Below, one piece after another: positions 12,107-23,903 of a stretch of 64,000 nt of DNA. Where the stretch lies: assembly GCA_964016885.1 (NCBI GenBank), contig OZ024740.1, positions 154,008,001 to 154,072,000 on the forward strand, in the 5' to 3' direction. A model generated the notes under the pieces. It was not told where the DNA came from. It did no database searches and worked only from the letters and a program-made list of their open reading frames with translations. The position numbers were made by a program, and so were the translations under genes. The stretch is from Eledone cirrhosa (taxonomy: Eukaryota). Positions within the stretch are counted from its first letter, which is position 1, and each line of letters begins with the position of its first letter.

Positions 12107-15100
12107 ATGACCTCACTCAGAATAGGCAGTATAAATGCGCGTGGCTTGGGGTCGTCATGGAAGCAGGGTCACCTGCTCAACGACCTCAGGTCACTAAACA
12201 TAGATGTAGTGGCCATCAGCGAGACCAGAATCTCCGAAGCACGGGCCTTCGCACCTCTCTTCGGCGGCTACGATGTGTACGCATCTCCCAGCCGTCCTGG
12301 ATCGGGGGAAGGAGTTGCTGTGCTTTTTCGGAGAGGTTTGGATCTCGCCATACGGGCCATCTTCCTGGATCCAGAGGGTAAGTAGGTGGTGCTGGACGTG
12401 ACCAGCGGAGACGGGAAAGCTTTCAGGCTAGTGGCCGTCTATGCCCCGACAGGAGCAGGGCGGCCTGATTTCATCCGACGTCTGGAGACCTTTCTTGGAA
12501 CGTCCCGCTCTTTAGTGTTAGTGGGCGACTGGAACGGGATCTTAGATGCACGCTGGGACTGTGTGGGATTAGCGGATAGGGTGGAGGGTGCAAGAGCCTC
12601 ACCAACCTGCTCAGGCGTTTTGAACTGTTTGACAGGTACCGATTGGATTTCCCGAATGTACCAATGTGGACTTGGACAAATCGCATAGGGTCATCCAGAT
12701 CATATCTAGATAGAGTATTTTGTAGGGAAATAGATAGGTCTAGCATAGGCTGTCCACAATTCAAGATAGTCAGCTACACGGACCACAAATTCGTGATCTG
12801 TGTGCTTGACTTAGATAGGTTTCATAGACGAGGACCCGGCTACTGGAAGCTAAACGCGTCCTTACCAGCGCGCAAGGCCTACAGAGACCGGATTAGCGAA
12901 CTAGTTAAGCGGGCGTTGATGGGGGCCATCGTCAACAACAAGTGGTGGTTTGCTCTGAAAAGAGCAATTAGAATAGAGTCCATTAGGTTTAGTAAGGCTT
13001 TAGCAATAGAGAAAAATAACGCAGAGGGAGAATTAGTTAGAAAATTAGACGAGGCGCTTAGCAAAGGCATCGCGACCGACGTACTTGCGGCGAAATTGGC
13101 CCTTGACCAATTCTTCAATGCAAAGCACGAAGGCTGCGTTGTCAGAGCTAGGGTGCGTGCTCTCAGACACGAGGGGACGAAAGCCGTTCAATGGGCCCGA
13201 GTGGCGGAGGCGCGTCGTGGCAACAAAGCCACGATCCGGTCTTTGGTGGACCACGACGGGCGCATGCTACTCGATCCCGGGCAAATGTGTGAAGCTTTTC
13301 AGCGACACTTCGCTCAACTGTTCGGGGGCAGTGGCGGGCCGGATCGAGGGATGGACTTTAGTGTCTACCTCAACGGACTGCTACTGAGGCGGAGTGTTGC
13401 GAAAAGCCGATAACAACCGCTGAAGTACGGGATGCAATGACTGGCTGCACAATGGCTATATCGCCTGGTTTGGATGGTCTACCCTATGAACTTTACGTAC
13501 AAATGCCAGACTTGTTCGGAGGCCTCTTGGCGGACGTCTACTGCAACTGGCAACAGAACGGGAGAATTCCCAGCTCTGTGAGCCGAGGAGCGGTGGCGCT
13601 GCTGAGAAAGGATCCGAACAAGGGGGATAACATAGATAATTTTAGGCCCATAACTCTGCTAAACACAGAGTTCAAGATTTTGGCCAAGGTGCTAGCAAAG
13701 AGGTTGGCGTTTGTCGTTGATGGTCTGGTGGGAGAGGCACAGACATGCACCATTCCCGACAGATCCATCCACGACAACCTCCACCTCATGCGATACATCG
13801 TAGAGAGGGTAGCTAGGGAACCTGGCACGGGTGGCTCTTTGATCAATTTAGATCAGTCGAAAGCCTTCGATAGGGTCGACCATCGTTACCTAGCGGCAGT
13901 CCTGAGGGCGGCTGGCTTTGGTCCCGTCTTCAGAGGCTGGATCGCTTCCATGCACAGCGACATCTGCTCTGTAGTGAGAGTGAACGGTCACCTTTCGGAA
14001 CCGTTCAACATGATGCGCTCGGTCCGCCAAGGATGTCCCCTCTCGTCCCTATCGTACGTATTGACTCTCGAGCCATTACTGCAAAAACTGGAGACGTTGA
14101 GGCGGGTCCCGCGCTAACTAGGATGCGGAAGATCCGTGTCAGCATATGCCGACGATGTCACCGTAGTGGTGTCGAACGACAAACACATCGAGGCGATCGG
14201 CACTATACTAAGAGAATACGAAGCGGTGACAGGAGCAATGATCAACCAGGAAAAGTCAGTGGGCCTGCAGCTCGGCACCTGGAGATGCAGGTCCATGCCG
14301 TCCAACAGCGTCGTCAGGCACTGGACGGACGGACCGGTTAAATTGCTAGGGGTCTGGTTCGGTCCAGTCCTCCAGACGGACAAAAACTGGGACGAGGTGA
14401 CGAGCAGGGTGGCTTCTCTCACCCAGAAATGGGCCGAGAGGAAGCTATCCCTGAAAGGTCGAGCGGAGGTGGCTAACGCGTACATCGCGTCCGTCATCTA
14501 CTACCGCCTGACCGTCGTACCTTGTCCTAAGCCCCCCCTGACTGCGTTGGAGCGTTTGCTCTTTCGCTTCTTGTGGAAGGCACGCGCTCCGATAATCAGG
14601 CGGTCCATCTGCTGTCAACACCCGCTATGTGGAGGGCTGGGCATGCCGTGGCTGATGATGCGCAGACACGCGTTCAGGCTACGACATCTACACCTCTTCG
14701 TCGACTGTAATCAGGTGTGGTCGCCGTTTGCTAGACACGTTTTTCCCCAGCTCGTCTCCTTGACGGAGCTGCAGTCCTGGGTCAAGCGAAGACCGAGAGG
14801 GAGCGCTTGGAGACTGGAATGTCTTCAGGCGCTCACAGCCCTCGACCAATCGGGCAATGTGATCGGTGGAAACTCCACCTTGGCGTTCTATAGGGGATTA
14901 GTGGAGGGTAAGAGCGACGACGTACTTGGAGAAACTCTAGACGTCGACGAAAATCAACTAGCCAATCTCTTCGGAAGGACTTTCGGGCCGGGGCCTATGG
15001 ACAACTTCCAGAAATCCCTGGCCTGGCAGTGCTACCGGGGTGCTTTTCCAGTTCGGGATAAACTCTACAGGCATGGAGGTGCCGTCAGCTGGGCATGTCC

Positions 15101-15512
15101 GAGATGCGCACAGGGCGACGAAACCGTCCTGCACGCACACGTCCAGTGTCCGAGCATTGCTGACTTGTGGGTTTATGTCGAACACCTGCTGTCACGTGTA
15201 GGACGGATCCAGCTATCAGCTGAGTCCATCGTGAGGATTTCCCCTCCCTCTTCCTTTAGCCGGGAAGGGCAGGCAGTTTTTATCTGTCTGGTGGCCATGG
15301 CGAAAGAGATAGTATGGTGGACACGTTTGAAAGGGCTGAAGACGAGCACTTACCTCTTCGGTGATGCCCTGATTAACTTTTTCAAATTTCATTTGAAAAG
15401 GAAAATCAGGGTAGAGAGGGAAGTGCTCTCTACCCAGCATTTTGTTGAAAGATGGGTGAGAGAAGCAAGTATGGCCCGAATGAATGGGCCTTCTCTGAGT
15501 ATGTGTCTGTAA
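12107..15512 (+). pseudogene. ORF2 (APE endonuclease + RT) of Tx1-A1
   Basis: SINARGL, ISET, VYAP, GDWN, SYLDRVF, TDH, WKLN (APE); PGLDGL, FRPITLLN, LDQSKAFDRV, VRQGCPLS, YADD (RT); CPRC..ETVLH..C. About 4 disabling lesions. Confidence 0.92.
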
Positions 15513-15755
15513 ATTAAAGGTGGAAAACTGGGAGAGGGCACTTGCCCTGGTGGTCAGGGTCACTGTGGTCTTTTAATGGGCTTTCTCCACAAATGTCCCT
15601 CGGAAGTCTCCCCCCTATTGGGGAATTTTTCTTTGTTATTTTATTACATCCTCTGTTTTTTACACGCAGAAATGCCCATTTGTACCGTCCTGTATTGTCC
15701 TGTACTGTCCTTAATGTCTACTTTATGTAAACCCTTGTGGTTAATAAAGAAAACA

Positions 15756-15800
<45 letters not shown>

Positions 15801-15801
<1 letters not shown>

Positions 15802-16244
15802 AGTTGCATTTATCTTGCTTTATGTTCATACGAGTTATCACCAAGTCACAACCAGTGACCTCAAGAGACAACAAGGTCCGCCATGTTCAAGAAAGAACAT
15901 ACATACTCACACATGCATCTTTAGTGTTTAGACTTGTGATGTACTTATATTGACAGAATCTTCCTTAGTATATGGGCAGTTCCCATTAGTACTATCTTTT
16001 GTATTTCTCCTATACGCGGGTTTCCTGGGATTTGCGATATGTAATCATTAGACCCCTTAGGTATCATTCTCAGAGCGCCTACAACCACTGGTATTGTTTT
16101 AGTTCTCAATTTCCACATTTTTCCAATTTCTATCTCCAGTTCCTTATACTTGCTCAATTTTTCAAATGTTTTTATAGATACATTCTTGTCTATTGGAACA
16201 GACATATCAATTAGCAGGCATACCCTCTTTTTAAAGTCCTTCAA
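15801..16244 (-). mobile_element. 3' fragment of a second Dong-like family (Dong-B)
   Basis: REL C-terminus (CLLIDMSVP..EKLSKYKEL..IPVVVGAL..VLMGTAHILRKIL) plus 3'UTR, with (TAA)n on both sides. Confidence 0.85.
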
Positions 16245-16296
<52 letters not shown>

Positions 16297-16303
16297 GTTA
16301 TTA

Positions 16304-17815
16304 CCCCTTGTGTCTCAGTCATTGATGTTAGTTAACTGGAAAGTTTGTTGAAATGAATATCAAGCCACTACCTGCAGCCTCAGATATTCAGGACGTATCG
16401 GAGGGTTCTTGCTGTTCCCAGCAAGCATGCCTTTTGAAGCGTTCCAAAAAGCGTGAAGGGGCCAATTTTCTTTAACCATCCCTGGAAACTTTTTGAGATA
16501 GTCCCTAGTGCGCCTATGACAATCGGGATCACTTTGACTTCATGGCAGTTCCAAATCCTTTTTACCTCCCACTTTAAGTCCTGGTATCGGTTAATTTTCT
16601 CCCTCTCATTCTCTTGCACTCTCGTGTCGAATGGGCAGGCCACATCCACAAACAGGCACGATCTTTTTTCTTTGTCCAAAACCACCAGGTCAGGTCTATT
16701 GTGTTCCAGTTTCTTGTCCGTCTGTATCCTAAAATCCCACAGCACCTTCACCTGCTCGTTTTCTATCACCGCCTCTGGCTTATGCTCATACCTCTTCTCA
16801 GAATGTGGTAAATTGTTTACTTTGCATAGGTGCCAGTGGATCACCCTGCCCATCACATCATGTCTCCAGCCCTTATAGTGAGTCTGGGCTAGGTGTTTAC
16901 AATCGGATACAATGAGAGCCACAGTCTCCTCTCTCTCTCTCCACAGCTCCTGCACAGTGGGCTAGCCTCCTCCTTGTAAATGTGGTGTTTCAACCACTTC
17001 GTTTTGAGGGCCTGCTCCTGCGCAGCCATTCACATTCCTTCTGTAGCCTTTTTTAAGGTCTCCTCTTTTCAACCAGTTCCATGTCTGTGGATCTCTAAAT
17101 TCAGTTTTCTCAAAGAAGGTACTATGAAGGGATTTTCCTGAAGGCTGCTCTTTCTCCTTGATGTTATTACCTCCTTGGACATCCCCTGACCTATTGTCCC
17201 CTCCTTCAGTACAGTTCTGAGCATTGGCTCCTAACTATCAGTCACGTATTTGTGTAGTTGTTTTTCTCCATCTGAACACAGTCCTCTATGCTGATAAGAC
17301 CTCTTCCACCTTCAGATCTCCTTAAGTAGAGTCTATCGATATCACTCCTCTTGTGGAACATATTGTAGATAGTCAATAGCTTCCTAGTCTTCCTATCCAT
17401 TTCTTTTTGTTCAGCAACATTCCATCTCAGAATTCCCGCACTGTACCTAATAATAGACACAGCTCGGGAATTTACTGCACTTATGGCATTTCTGCTGTTC
17501 AGATGTGACTTTAATACACTCCTTACTCTCCGAAGGTATTCAGTTCTTATCAATTCCTTCATTTTTTTTGTTCTTGATGTCATCAGCCTCCAGAACGCCC
17601 AAATACTTGTATCCTTCCTCAGAGTAAATTTCCTTTATCATCTCACCTGTTGGTATCTGGATTCCGTTACTTCTGCTCAACTTACCCCTCCTCATCACAA
17701 TGACTCCACACTTACTAATACCAAATTGCATACATATATCATTGCTGAAAATACGGACAGTGTCAACAAGCACATCCAACTCCTTCTCACTCTTCCCAAA
17801 GAGCTTAAGATCGTC
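16304..17815 (-). mobile_element. Dong-A copy 2, 5'-truncated at the RT DD motif
   Basis: Closely similar to 5714-7204, with the same 3'UTR. Flanked by (TAA)n at 16245-16303 and 17817-17876. Confidence 0.92.
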
Positions 17816-17876
17816 AATTATTTTTATTATTATTATTATTATTATTATTGTTATTATTATTATTATTATTATTATT

Positions 17877-20800
17877 GGCGACCTATGTAGTAAATCGTAT
17901 CATCGTAAGCTCCGCAAAGGTTTGTTATTTTCAGTTGTTTAGAATTGCCATTTATGGAAACTTTTTATTGTTAACTGTATATAAGTGCACATACATTGAT
18001 TTCTGAAAAGGACACTCAAAAAGATTGGGCCTTGAGCCCAAAATTTAAACTTTTTATAATTATCAAACAAAATAAAATTTCTTTGAAAAATCATGGCCGA
18101 CTCAGAGTCACACCTTCCTCACAAACTAACACCTCACACCGACACCACCATTGTAAATATTACTGCGTTTGCCAGCACTAAAATTATAAGCAGTAGCAAT
18201 ATTTTAAATTTGTCTCAGGCAGACATTCATTTCCCGCCATTACCAATGACTGCAGGTGTTAAAGCCGCCACCCACACCACCACCACCACAGCCACAACAG
18301 AAACAAAAGAAAAAAAGTAAATTAACTCGTGATATCGAAATGAATTCAACCAAAATGAACTCTTCCACACCGAACACCACTGACGCCACCACCACCACAA
18401 CTGAAACTAAAATTAACAATAACAAAAATAACGATAACAACAACAACAATGAAATTAAGAAAACTACCCTGTCTTTTGCGAGAGTAGCAAATACGTGCAA
18501 AGCGATCCAGGTAACTCAGGAGGAATTAGAAGAAGCCAAAAGAATGGTAAATGGAGCATCGTCGCCTATGCACCGTGTCTTATCGAACAATTAACATAAC
18601 ATCGCGCCGAGTGGAACGGGCATCCGAGTCCCAAATCCAAAAAGTTTGGGACATGTGTGGGCAAAAAACCCCCAAATCAGACATGGGAAGAGATATGGAA
18701 CCGTGGACGTGTTCTTTGAAACACCACAGGAGGCCAGGGAACACTCCATGACCCCATTAAGAAGTGACGACTTCACACTCATCCCAAGCTATTGTGGCCA
18801 GAGACTCGTGAAGATCAGGGTGACCCACGTTCCACCGGATATCGAAATTCCCTGGCTAATGGCTGCCGTCCTCGCCGGCATCGAGGCCAACACCAAGATA
18901 ATCGAAATAGCGAAAGAAAAGCAGGAGAACTGGTCCGGATCTGGGATGGAGCTCCTGATACAAGCGGACCATAAAAGTATTGAAGAGATCCCAGAGGTAA
19001 TAGACCTCACTGACGGCAGCCACCTCACTGTAATCGTCGAGGGCAGAAGGCCTAGGTGTGTCGTTTATGGTGAAGGAACCCACCTAAGGGCTTTCTGCTC
19101 TCAGGCTAAAACGTTGAGGCCACCTCTCTTACTCACCCCAGTGACTCAACCATCAACACTACCAGCAGCAGAGATGGCAGCAACAACTGTAGCAGCAACA
19201 ACAGAAGCAACTGTAACAGCAACAACCGCAGCAACAGTGGCAAAACCAACACTACCACCACCCAACGCGCCAGAACTAGCACCAGCGCCTACACTATCCA
19301 CCACGCCACAACCAAAACCATTGCCTGTGGAGGATTTTCCACTCCCCGGCCTATCGCAACTGGAAAAAGATTGTGACGACGAGGAGTGGGAAACGATATC
19401 AGGAAAAAAGAAAAAAAGAAACCCAAAAAGAAAGAATTCTCTTCCTTCCCCCTCCAAAAACAAAATACAGAGGGAAACAAATAAACTATCAAACAAAAAA
19501 GTTAGGACAGATATGCCACCATCCACACCAGCATAACCAATCCCATCACCACAAACACCAACACTATCACCATCATTAACACCAACACCACCATCACCAA
19601 CACCACAAAAGTCACCAAAAAGCGTAACAGAAACAAACCCACAACAAACGCAAACAAAACAAAACAACCAAAACGATACACACTACACAGCATTAAATTT
19701 GAACAACAAGCAATTATTACACTATATCCAACACAACACCAGCATCACAGAAAAAGACTACACAACAACCCAAAAATTCACACCACCTCCACACATACAA
19801 ATCACTCGCATCACACAGAAAACGTACATGACACTAAAACAAAAATTCCCCAAAGACATCGGAGACTTCCGACAAGCACTCTCCAGGAGGATTTATAAGG
19901 ACATCCTTCCTGAGGAGGCCACAAGCAGTGAAACGGATGGAAAAACCGTCCTTCCTCTACGAGAAGTATGGTAAGTGGTCTTTCCCATCTTTTCCTCTCC
20001 TTTTCAACATGACCTCACTCAGAATAGGCAGCATAAATGCGCGTGGCTTGGGGTCGTCATGGAAGCAGGGTCACCTGCTCAACGAGCTCAGGTCACTAAA
20101 CATAGATGTAGTGGCCATCAGCAAGACCAGAATCTCCGAAGCACGGGCCTTCGCACCGATCTTCGGCGGCTACGATGTGTACGCATCTCCCAGCCGTCCG
20201 GGATCGGGGGGAGGAATTGCTGTACTTTTTCGGAGAGGTTTGGATCTTGCCATAGGGGCCATCTTCCTGGACCCAGAAGGTAAGTTGGTGGTGCTGGACG
20301 TGACCAGCGGAGACGGGCAAGCTTTCAGGTTAGTGGCCGTCTATGCCCCGACAGGAGCAGGGCGGCCTGATTTCTTCCGGCGTCTGGAGACCTTTCTTGG
20401 AACGTCCCGCTCTTTAGTGTTAGTGGGCGACTGGAACGGGATCTTAGATGCACGCTGGGATTGTGTGGGATTAGTGGATAGGGAAGGAGGGTGCAAGAGT
20501 CTCACCAATCTGCTCAGGCGTTTTAAACTGTCTGACAGGTACCGATTGGATTTCCCGAATGTACCAATGTGGACTTGGACAAATCGCATAGGGTCATCCA
20601 GATCATATCTAGATAGAGTATTTTGTAGAGAAATAGATAGGTCTAGCATAGGCTGTCCACATTTCAAGATAGTCAGCTACACGGACCACAAATTCGTGAT
20701 CTGTGTACTTGACTTAGATAGGCTTCATAGACGAAGACACGGCTACTGGAAACTAAACGCGTCCTTACCAGCCTGCAAGGCCTACAGAGACCGGATTAGC

Positions 20801-23671
20801 GAACTAGTTAAGCGGGCGTTGACGGGGGCCATCGTCAACAACAAGTGGTAGTTTTCCCTGAAAAGAGCAATTAGAATAGAGTCCATTAGGTTTAGTAAGG
20901 CTTTAGCAGTAGAGAAAAATAGAGCAGAGGGAGAATTAGTTAGAAAATTAGACGAGGCGCTTAGCAAAGGCATCGCGACCGACGTACTTGCGGCGAAATT
21001 GGCCCTTGACCAATTCTTCAATGCAAAGCACGAAGGCTGCGTTGTCCGAGCTAGGGTGCGTGCTCTCAGACACGAGGGGACGAAAGCCGTTCAATGGGCC
21101 CGAGTGGCGGAGGCGCGTCGTGGCAACAAAGCCACGATCCGGTCTTTGGTGGACCACGACGGGCGCATACTACTCGATCCCAGGCAAATGTGTGAAGCTT
21201 TTCAGCGACACTTCGCTCAACTGTTCGGGGGCAGTGGAGGGCCGGATCGAGGGATGGACTTTAGTGTCTACCTCGACGGACTGCCGCGGCTTTCGGCCAC
21301 TGAGGCGGAGTGTTGCTAAAAGCCGATAACAACCGCTGAAGTACGGGATGCAATGACTAGTTGCACAAGGGGTAAATCGTCTGGTTTGGATGGTCTGCCC
21401 TATGAACTTTACGTACAAATGCCAAACTTGTTCGGAGGCCTCTTGGCGGACGTCTACTGCAACTGGCAACAGAACGGGAGAATTCCCAGCTCTGTGAGCC
21501 GAGGAGCGGTGGCGCTGCTGAGAAAGGATCCGAACAAGGGGGATAACATAGATAATTTTAGGCCCACAACTCTGCTAAACACAGAGTTCAAGATTTTGGC
21601 CAAGGTGCTAGCAAAGAGGTTGGCGTTTGTCGTTGATGGTCTGGTGGGAGAGGCACAGACATGCACCATTCCCGACAGATCCATCCACGACAACCTCCAC
21701 CTCATGCGATACATCGTAGAGAGGGTAGCTAGGGAACCTGGCACGGGTGGGTCTTTGATCAATTTAGATCAGTCGAAAGCCTTCGATAGGGTCGACCATC
21801 GTTACCTAGCGGCAGTCCTGAGGGCGGCTGGCTTTGGTCCCGTCTTCAGAGGCTGGATCGCTTCCATGCACAGAGACATCTGCTCTGTAGTGAGAGTGAA
21901 CGGTCACCTTTCGGAACCGTTCAACATGATGCGCTCGGTCCGCCAAGGATGTCCCCTCTCGTCCCTATCGTACGTATTGACTCTCGTGCCATTACTGAAC
22001 AAACTGGAGACGTTGAGGCGGGTCCCGCGCGAACTAGGATGCGGAAGATCCGTGTCAGCATATGCCGACGATGTCACCGTAGTGGTGTCGAACGCCAAAC
22101 ACATCGAGGCGATCGGCACTACACTAAGAGAATACGAAGCGGTGACAGGAGCAATGATCAACCAGGAAAAGTCAGTGGGCCTGCAGCTCGGCACCTGGAG
22201 AGGCAGGTCCATGCCGTCCAACAGCGTCGTCGGGCGCTGGACGGACGGACCGGTTAAATTGCTAGGGGTCTGGTTCGGTCCAGACCTCCAGACGGACAAA
22301 AACCGGGACGAGGTGACGAGCAGGGTGGCTTCTCTCACCCAGAAATGGGCCGAGAGGAAGCTATCTCTGAAAGGTCGAGCGGAGGTGGCTAACGCGTACA
22401 TCGTGTCCGTCATCTACTACCGCCTGACCGTCGTACATTGTCCTAAGCCCCGCCTGACTGCGCTGGAGCGTTTGCTCTTTCGCTTCTTGTGGAAGGGACG
22501 CGCTCCGATGGTCAGGCGGTCCATCTGCTGTCAACACCCGCTACGTGGAGGGCTGGGCATGCCGTGGCTGATGATGCGCAGACACGCGCTCAGGCTACGA
22601 CATCTCCACCTCTTCCTCGACGGTGATCAGGTGTGGTCGCCGTTTGCTAGACACGTTTTTCCCCAGCTCGTCTCCTTGACGGAGCTGCAGTCCTGGGTCA
22701 AGCGAAGACCGAGAGGGAGCGCTTGGAGACTGGAATGTCTTCAGGCGCTCACAGCCCTCGACCAATCGGGCAATGTGATCGGTGGAAACTCCACCTTGGC
22801 GTTCTATAGTGTATTAGTGGAGGGGAGGAGCGACGACGTACTTGGAGAAACTCTAGGCGTCGACGAAAATCAACTAGCCAATCTCTTCGGAAGGACTTTC
22901 GGGCCGGGGCCTATGGACAACTTCCAGAAAACCTTGGCCTGGCAGTGCTACCGGGGTGCTTTGCCAGTTCGGGATAAACTTTACAGGCATGGAGGTGCCG
23001 TCAGCCGGGCATGTCCGAGATGCGCACAGGGCGACGAAACCGTCCTGCACGCACTCGTCCAGTGTCCAAGCATTGCTGACTTGTGGGTTTATGTCGAACA
23101 CCTGCTGTCACGTGTAGGACGGATCCGGCTATCAGCTGAGTCCATTGTGATGATTGCCCCGCCCTCTTCCTTTAGCCGGGAAGGGCAGGCAGTTTTTATC
23201 TGTCTGGTGGCCATGGCGAAAGAGATAGTATGGTGGACACGTTTGAAAGGGCTGAAGACGAGCACTTACCTCTTCGGTGATGCCCTGATTAACTTTTTCA
23301 AATTTCATCTGAAAAGGAAAATCAGGGTAGAGAGGGAAGTGCTCTCTTCCCAGCATTTTGTTGAAAGATGGGTGAGAGAAGCAAGTATGGCCCGAATGAA
23401 TGGGCCTTCTCTGAGTATGTGTCTGTAAATTAAAGGTGGAAAACTGGGAGAGGGCACTTGCCCTGGTGGTCAGGGCCACTGTGGTCTTTTAATGGGCTTT
23501 CTCCACAAATGTCCCTCGGAAGTCTCCCCACTATTGGGGAATTTTTCTTTGTTATTTTATTTCATCCTCTGTTTTTTTTACACGCAGAAATGCCCATTTG
23601 TACCGTCCTGTATTGTCCTGTACTGTCCTTAATGTCTACTTTATGTAAACCCTTGTGGTTAATAAAGAAAA

Positions 23672-23672
<1 letters not shown>
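17877..23672 (+). mobile_element. Tx1-like family A copy 2, apparently full length
   Basis: Broken ORF1 at ~18093-19974 and ORF2 at 20009-23428 (stops at 20849 and 21317), nearly identical to the ORF2 of A1. Flanked by (ATT)n at 17817-17876 and 23673-23730. Confidence 0.92.
20009..23428 (+). pseudogene. ORF2 (APE + RT) of Tx1-A2
   Basis: ORF-track pieces 19928-20851, 20999-21319 and 21353-23428 are in one frame with two internal stops. The APE and RT motifs are intact. Confidence 0.92.
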
Positions 23673-23736
<64 letters not shown>

Positions 23737-23903
23737 CAGAAAATGAAAGAGAAGGGCCAGAGAATAGAAGATAGATTAAAGAAATATGTGTGTATATGGA
23801 CAATATATTATATATGTGTAGGAATCCATACATACATACATACATACATACAAACATACATACATACATACATACATACATACATACATACATACATACA
23901 TAC

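Larger units (their letters stand above)
9726..15754 (+). mobile_element. Tx1-like (L1 group) non-LTR retrotransposon, family A copy 1, apparently full length
   Basis: 5'UTR, ORF1 with CCHC knuckle, ORF2 with APE, RT and C-terminal zinc finger, and 3'UTR ending AATAAAGAAAAC. Flanked by (ATT)n at 9708-9725 and 15755-15800. Confidence 0.92.
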
